A DNA stretch of 30,366 nucleotides. Source: a virus (Duplodnaviria > Caudoviricetes). The stretch spans positions 1 to 30,366 of IMG/VR virus record IMGVR_UViG_3300037424_000015. One strand, 5' to 3'. Below the pieces are notes generated by a model. That model worked only from the letters and a program-made list of their open reading frames with translations, made no database searches and was not told where the DNA came from. The number at the start of each line of letters is the position of its first letter. Within the stretch, counting starts at the first letter, position 1. Shown piece by piece: positions 26,159-30,366 of the stretch. Both the position numbers and the translations under genes were made by a program.

Positions 26159-27141
26159 TATTCTACTCCTAGTTTATCTAGTAGTGGGTATAGGTTGAAC
26201 TTATCACCATCGAATCTCAGCATATGCGCCATCTGGCAGTTCTCATTAAGAACGTAGTCCCAAGTGATATCCAACTCATCCCCCCTCCAACCGATAAATT
26301 TAGAAGGCTCTGGATAGAGCGCCTTATATCCATTAACTATGGATTGCCAACACTCTGCATCAGTTGTACAAGGCTCAAGAAGCTTAAAAGAGCTTTTATC
26401 CCCCCACTTCTTATCTGTGGCAGAGTTAGCAAAATAGCAATCACTACTATCCCCGGACATTATTTGATGATAGAAGAATTTTCTACCAATTCCACGGACA
26501 CTGCTCTTATCATCTAGCCACAAGCTCCCAAGACCCCTTATACGTAGGGGCTTGTCGCTCTTATCCACATTAAAGAAAGTCACCTCAGAGCCATTATAGT
26601 CTTTATCTACTCCGCAAAGAATATGAGAGTCATTTTGATAGCAGTCAATTACACATTGATCATCAGCTTCTTTGTTACGAACTTCTATAGCATTGTGGTG
26701 CTTCAGTAGATAGTCTTCAATCTCATCCAGTAGAAGCGGTTTAAGATTATTTTTACGGTCACCCTTATATTCTAAGATTGTGGAAGCACCAACCCTCCAA
26801 GAGTCACCTCTTCCGATATATCCATAATAGTTATCCACACCTAGTTTTTTCTTAATACCGCTGATGTGGTTCTTTACAGTCTGGAGAGCATATTCTACAG
26901 GCTCTGCCACTTGCTTGTCTTGGATTATAAAATCACTAAACACGAAGGGGGTGAGCCGCTTTGCATTAACCTCTGCAAGCCACCCACCACTTTTTGTCTT
27001 CCAATGACCGTAAAAATTTGTGCGACTTTTAAATTCTTTTTGGTCCCCTGTATTTTTATGTGTAACAATAATTGACCTTGTTTCACAAGCGCTACCTATA
27101 GAGTATTTAATGTAGTCTAAGTCCCAACACAACCTCTTCAT
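26155..27141 (-). CDS. 5'-3' exonuclease (T7 gp6/flap-nuclease family)
   Basis: D.D, YKG.R...KP, EADD, DKD and GD..D motifs. Confidence 0.9.
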   Translation of the reverse strand: MKRLCWDLDYIKYSIGSACETRSIIVTHKNTGDQKEFKSRTNFYGHWKTKSGGWLAEVNAKRLTPFVFSDFIIQDKQVAEPVEYALQTVKNHISGIKKKLGVDNYYGYIGRGDSWRVGASTILEYKGDRKNNLKPLLLDEIEDYLLKHHNAIEVRNKEADDQCVIDCYQNDSHILCGVDKDYNGSEVTFFNVDKSDKPLRIRGLGSLWLDDKSSVRGIGRKFFYHQIMSGDSSDCYFANSATDKKWGDKSSFKLLEPCTTDAECWQSIVNGYKALYPEPSKFIGWRGDELDITWDYVLNENCQMAHMLRFDGDKFNLYPLLDKLGVEY

Positions 27142-27677
27142 AGTCCATGCCTTTCTGTATAACCCGCACCATTTTCATTAAGGTGTTTAATAGCCTTATC
27201 GCGTTCAGCACATGCCAATTTTTTAGCTTCTATATACCCGTATTTTTCTATCGAGAAAGTCCGGGTAAAACACTTACCATTATCACCATACCAAGTTGCT
27301 TTCCATCTACCATCTGTAGTCTCACAAACGCCAGTAATACCTGATTTATTGCGGACAGATTTCTTGACATTTCTGAGATTAATTTTATGAGGTACAACAC
27401 GTAAGTTCTCAATTACATTGTTAAACCCGTTACCATCAATATGATCAATCACTAATCCAGCAGGAACACTTTTATTAAACATCTCCCAAATTAGCCTGTG
27501 ACATAGGTATGCCTTCTGCGAAATGGTTACTTCGTAATAATTTGAAACGGTTTTACTCCCTGCAATTGAGTCTTTTATGACCCTATGTATTCTATTTTCT
27601 TTACCGCAGAATACATCTATATTCCACCTAAGTCCTGTTGGGCTAGACTCTGAGTAGTAGACCTTCTTTATGTTCAA
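27138..27677 (-). CDS. HNH homing endonuclease with a C-terminal AP2-like DNA-binding domain
   Basis: SPTGLRW, HRLIW, IDHIDGN..NN.IENLR, N.SGITGV and W.A.W...FS..KYG..EA...A...R motifs. Start moved to TTG at 27677 behind SD GGAGGTG. Confidence 0.9.
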   Translation of the reverse strand: MNIKKVYYSESSPTGLRWNIDVFCGKENRIHRVIKDSIAGSKTVSNYYEVTISQKAYLCHRLIWEMFNKSVPAGLVIDHIDGNGFNNVIENLRVVPHKINLRNVKKSVRNKSGITGVCETTDGRWKATWYGDNGKCFTRTFSIEKYGYIEAKKLACAERDKAIKHLNENGAGYTERHGL

Positions 27678-27688
27678 GAACACCTCCA

Positions 27689-27724
27689 ATAACAAAACCC
27701 CACAGACCTAAAAAGGTCTGTGGG
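27689..27724 (-). terminator. Rho-independent terminator after ssb
   Basis: 11-bp perfect stem CCCACAGACCT/AGGTCTGTGGG with loop TTTT, followed by GTTTTGTTAT. Confidence 0.8.
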
Positions 27725-27741
27725 AGGTATTTCAACTAAAT

Positions 27742-28431
27742 TTAGAAAGGAGAATCTTCAATTTCGTCCTCAGCGACTTTAGCCACCTTAGTAGCCTTGA
27801 CAGGTTTTGCTGCAGGCTTTGTAGGAGTCTTATCTTCAGGGGCTTCCTCACGAGGCTTACGAGCTTCAGTAGCCTCTTTTCGTGCTGGCTCTTTCTTTAC
27901 TGGTTTATCATCACCAAACTCGCTGCCAGCACCCTTACTACCAGTAGAAACATACTCTTTAAAGTCTTCTTCTTTAATCAAGACATTTTGCAGGCGTGCG
28001 AACGTACCATATTTATTAGAGGTGATACGGTAAGATACCTTACCACGGCTCCCGTTAGCTACTAGGCGTGACTCAGTGATATCTGTACGTTCACCCTCAG
28101 CATCGTCCAAGAACACTTTAGGTCGGAACTCTGGGTACATTTCTTCACCACCAACCACAGCATCCTTCTTCAGTGTAATCTGGTACACATTCTTGACGCC
28201 CTCAAATGGACAAGGGAATTTAAACTTAGTCTCAAAGTCCGCTACCTTGAATTTACGTGGAGGCTGTTTTGCAAACTGTTCTTCCCAAGCATCTGCTGCA
28301 TCTTCATCAACAATAATACCAATACTGTATTCGGTATCTTTGCTCTCAAACTTATTATCGGGCTGCGCAATCTTAGCATAAACCAACACGCCTTCAATCA
28401 CACCGAATGTTGCTTTCTTATCTTCTGCCAT
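27742..28431 (-). CDS. ssb: Single-stranded DNA-binding protein (T7 gp2.5-like)
   Basis: YAKI..PD.K...EYS, V.NGS.G.V, a Pro/Lys/Ala linker and an acidic tail ending in F (EDEIEDSPF); next to exonuclease genes. Confidence 0.8.
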   Translation of the reverse strand: MAEDKKATFGVIEGVLVYAKIAQPDNKFESKDTEYSIGIIVDEDAADAWEEQFAKQPPRKFKVADFETKFKFPCPFEGVKNVYQITLKKDAVVGGEEMYPEFRPKVFLDDAEGERTDITESRLVANGSRGKVSYRITSNKYGTFARLQNVLIKEEDFKEYVSTGSKGAGSEFGDDKPVKKEPARKEATEARKPREEAPEDKTPTKPAAKPVKATKVAKVAEDEIEDSPF

Positions 28432-28523
28432 TGTATTTCCTTTATAGATTTCCTAGTATAATCCCTCTTGGGACTCCTTGGATATTGTGCATGTGAATGA
28501 CATGCGGCATTGCTGCTAAAGAG

Positions 28524-28675
28524 TTGTTGGTAGCCGGTGTAGACACATCTTCAGGAATCACCCCAAATCCCACTACTCCGTTTAATGTATTTAAGCAATT
28601 TTAAGATGATTAGTCGTATTATGCCCTTAGCCCATTAGTCCGTCCCATACTAGACTCTGCTCCTACTACCAACAA
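28524..28675 (-). ncRNA. Putative rod-shaped structured RNA (element B)
   Basis: Closing stem TTGTTGGTAG/CTACCAACAA that continues imperfectly; apical stems AATCATCTTAAA/TTTGGGGTGATT and ATTGCTT/GAGTAGT with G-U pairs on this strand only. Confidence 0.5.
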
Positions 28676-28818
28676 AGCAATAGGCTGGTCGCTACTCCAG
28701 CTCAGGTTTTCACGATACCCACACTTTCAAAGGGCGCAGCCTGTCTGCTTATCGTTGCGTGTCCCCGTTGCCACCGAGAATCCCCAGTAGCTCTCCACGC
28801 CGCTATTGCTTTGTTGGC
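28668..28818 (-). ncRNA. Putative tRNA-like structured RNA (element A)
   Basis: Perfect 15-bp closing stem CCAACAAAGCAATAG/CTATTGCTTTGTTGG enclosing three arms: GCGTG/CACGC, ACGATA/TATCGT and GCTGG/CCAGC. Confidence 0.7.
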
Positions 28819-28851
28819 TCTGGTAACTCAATACCAGAAACCTTTAAATCT

Positions 28852-28928
28852 TGGTACAGCACCCCAAACTTGAATTGGGAACCTGCACTTTAGAAGAGTG
28901 CTGCTCTATCCAGTTGAGCTAGTGCCGT
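28852..28928 (-). tRNA. trnR: tRNA-Arg, anticodon UCU
   Basis: 77 nt: acceptor ACGGCAC/GTGCTGT + A-CCA; D arm GCTC-AACTGGATA-GAGC; anticodon arm GCACT-CT TCT AA-AGTGC; T arm CCCAA-TTCAAGT-TTGGG. Confidence 0.92.
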
Positions 28929-28939
28929 ATTGAATCATA

Positions 28940-28968
28940 ATTATACTCTTTTCAACAACCTACGTCAA
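28940..28968 (-). promoter_or_regulatory. Strong sigma70-like promoter for the tRNA-ncRNA-ssb transcript
   Basis: TTGACG-17 nt-TATAAT, with the -10 box ending 11 nt before the tRNA 5' end. Confidence 0.85.
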
Positions 28969-28976
28969 GCTATTTG

Positions 28977-29225
28977 TCAGTCTTTTGCAACATAATCCTC
29001 AAGAATAATTCCTTGCCAATGCTTAATCTCTTGCCAAGAGAATCTACTCATAATACTTTCTCCCTCGTACTCGATATCCATAATCTCAACCTCAGGAAAT
29101 TCTGGAGGATCATTACGTGTAGCAGGAATTCCCTTAGTATAGTAGTAAAAGACATTCACAGTAATGTCTTCATCCTCAAATTCGTCGTAGATTTCTAGTG
29201 TGCACTCACTTAGGAGGGGCATCAT
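28977..29225 (-). CDS. Hypothetical acidic protein
   Basis: 'G.PAT..DPPE.PEVEI' motif; start taken at the ATGA overlap with the upstream gene. Confidence 0.6.
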   Translation of the reverse strand: MMPLLSECTLEIYDEFEDEDITVNVFYYYTKGIPATRNDPPEFPEVEIMDIEYEGESIMSRFSWQEIKHWQGIILEDYVAKD

Positions 29226-29437
29226 ACGTAGTCCCACTCTGTTATTTCAATAATTCTCGGGGTCACTTCTCTAATAATCTTATCGTCTAATCTATAATGT
29301 TCAAGAACCTCGTAATACTTGTCCCCAAGCTCTACGTAGTAGATGTCACCATACACGAGAGATTTGAAATCTACTATAATCAACATGTCAAGATCGTACA
29401 ACCTCTTAATTTCTTGCTTCACATAATCATCAACCAT
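29222..29437 (-). CDS. Hypothetical protein
   Basis: Start moved to MVDDY at 29437 (SD GGAG); 'EVTPR...T.W' ending. Confidence 0.55.
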   Translation of the reverse strand: MVDDYVKQEIKRLYDLDMLIIVDFKSLVYGDIYYVELGDKYYEVLEHYRLDDKIIREVTPRIIEITEWDYV

Positions 29438-29678
29438 TATTTTCTCCAAAGTCTTTAGCATACAATACTGGAAGGGCTGCAGCATCTGTAAGAATACTGA
29501 TTATGTCGGCAGGAGCACCATCATAGACGTTCCACAATACCTGTGTGCAGTATTCATTGTAGGATACAGGGATACCAATAGAGTCATAGTTTACGATATG
29601 AACAGCACGATACGCATCATCACCTTCTCGAAACTGGATAACTCTAAAATTAGGCCATACTTTATTATTGCTCATCAT
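29430..29678 (-). CDS. Hypothetical protein
   Basis: 82 aa; SD AGGAG; 'W.N.RVI...Y..G.P.SY...A...PVL' pattern. Confidence 0.6.
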   Translation of the reverse strand: MMSNNKVWPNFRVIQFREGDDAYRAVHIVNYDSIGIPVSYNEYCTQVLWNVYDGAPADIISILTDAAALPVLYAKDFGENNG

Positions 29679-30360
29679 CTTCTCCTATATTGTCAATTCC
29701 AACATTATCCACAAAATCCTTAAACAAGTCAACTCCTAAGTAACTGTCTGCTAAAGAAATCTTCATCTTCACTTGTGCCGTCATTCTTGCCATATCCTGA
29801 GAACTATAAGGAGAGTGTCCATTCTTATACATCCAATTAAGGAGTGTCTTAGCATTCATTGTAGCAACAATGTTTGTTCCTCCAATAACAATCTTCTCGG
29901 CAAATGAGGGGAACCCTTCGGGCTTCTTAAATAGCGTAGGAAGCTTTATCTCCACTTTGTTAGTACCTGACAGGATAGCCTCGATACAAGCGTTCTGAAG
30001 GGCTTCATATTGCTTCCTAGAAGCTTTCTTCAATAGCTTCTTGTACCCATCCCTCTTACGCCCGTTAGTGGCCCCTGTTGGAGGTGGGACACTAGAGGCT
30101 TTAGTACGCTTAGGCAGACCTGTTACGTTGCACCAGCGCCTTCCATTGGCAATATGCGAGACATTCTCTTGTACAATACCAAATAGGTTTGCTATCTCTG
30201 TCTGTGTGAGGATGTTATCTTGCAAGTGCTTCCAGATGGCTTCCACTTGCTCTCTTGAAAGCTTCGTGTGAGGGCGATCCCCACCAATACGACGATTCCT
30301 CGGGCGGTACTTACCACGCTTGCTGCCTTTCCAATTGCCACGTTTTTTAGGTGCATTCAT
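29665..30360 (-). CDS. HTH-containing basic protein (may extend beyond the window)
   Basis: TKLSREQVEAI...LTQTEIANLFGIVQENVSHIANGRRW HTH; no in-frame stop between the ATG and the window edge. Confidence 0.7.
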   Translation of the reverse strand: MNAPKKRGNWKGSKRGKYRPRNRRIGGDRPHTKLSREQVEAIWKHLQDNILTQTEIANLFGIVQENVSHIANGRRWCNVTGLPKRTKASSVPPPTGATNGRKRDGYKKLLKKASRKQYEALQNACIEAILSGTNKVEIKLPTLFKKPEGFPSFAEKIVIGGTNIVATMNAKTLLNWMYKNGHSPYSSQDMARMTAQVKMKISLADSYLGVDLFKDFVDNVGIDNIGEDDEQ

Positions 30361-30366
30361 AGTTTT

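Noticed and set aside
28488-28516. T4 gene 32-like autoregulatory pseudoknot in the ssb leader
   Set aside because: A GCATG/CATGC hairpin exists, but the second stem would be only 4 bp with a 1-nt connecting loop, which is sterically unlikely.
28432-28800. CsrA/RsmA sponge (roughly a dozen GGA triplets on the minus strand)
   Set aside because: Most GGAs are not in short hairpin loops and the strand is G-rich, so enrichment is not convincing without statistics.
28432-28851. tmRNA, retron ncRNA, theta/hammerhead ribozyme or CRISPR mini-array
   Set aside because: No Ala acceptor with TTCGA T loop, no reverse transcriptase in the window, no ribozyme core I can identify next to the tRNA 3' end, and no regularly spaced direct repeats.
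1-30366. Stop-codon reassignment
   Set aside because: Genes are full length under the standard code, TAA, TGA and TAG all end genes, and the tRNA anticodon loop (CT TCT AA) reads UCU, not a CUA suppressor.

Overview
This is a 30.4-kb piece of a tailed dsDNA phage with a long non-contractile (siphovirus-type) tail. The spanins point to a Gram-negative host. The plus strand (1-16885) carries the late module: the 3' end of a lambda-gpE-like major capsid gene, head-tail joining genes, tail tube, a G/GT chaperone pair with a -1 frameshift site, tape measure, tail tip and fibre genes, and a lysis cassette (holin candidates, GH19 endolysin, i-/o-spanin). The minus strand (16966-30360) carries a replication and nucleotide-metabolism arm: SSB, 5'-3' exonuclease, HNH nuclease, metallophosphoesterase, NTP pyrophosphatase, class I nrdB-nrdA-glutaredoxin and many small hypotheticals. 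Five sigma70-like promoters drive this arm. Four free-standing homing-endonuclease-like genes are interspersed. The most unusual part is the ORF-free 28432-28970 region. There a near-consensus promoter is followed by tRNA-Arg(UCU), then two ~150-nt structured RNA elements that compete for one shared strand, then ssb. One element is an enlarged tRNA-like cloverleaf and the other is a rod with a one-sided bubble. Other points: RBS-occluding hairpins in front of homing endonucleases, promoters with their -10 box inside hairpins, and atypical RNR active-site residues. All product calls come from motif recognition and synteny by eye, and RNA folds were done by hand. No database searches or folding programs were run.
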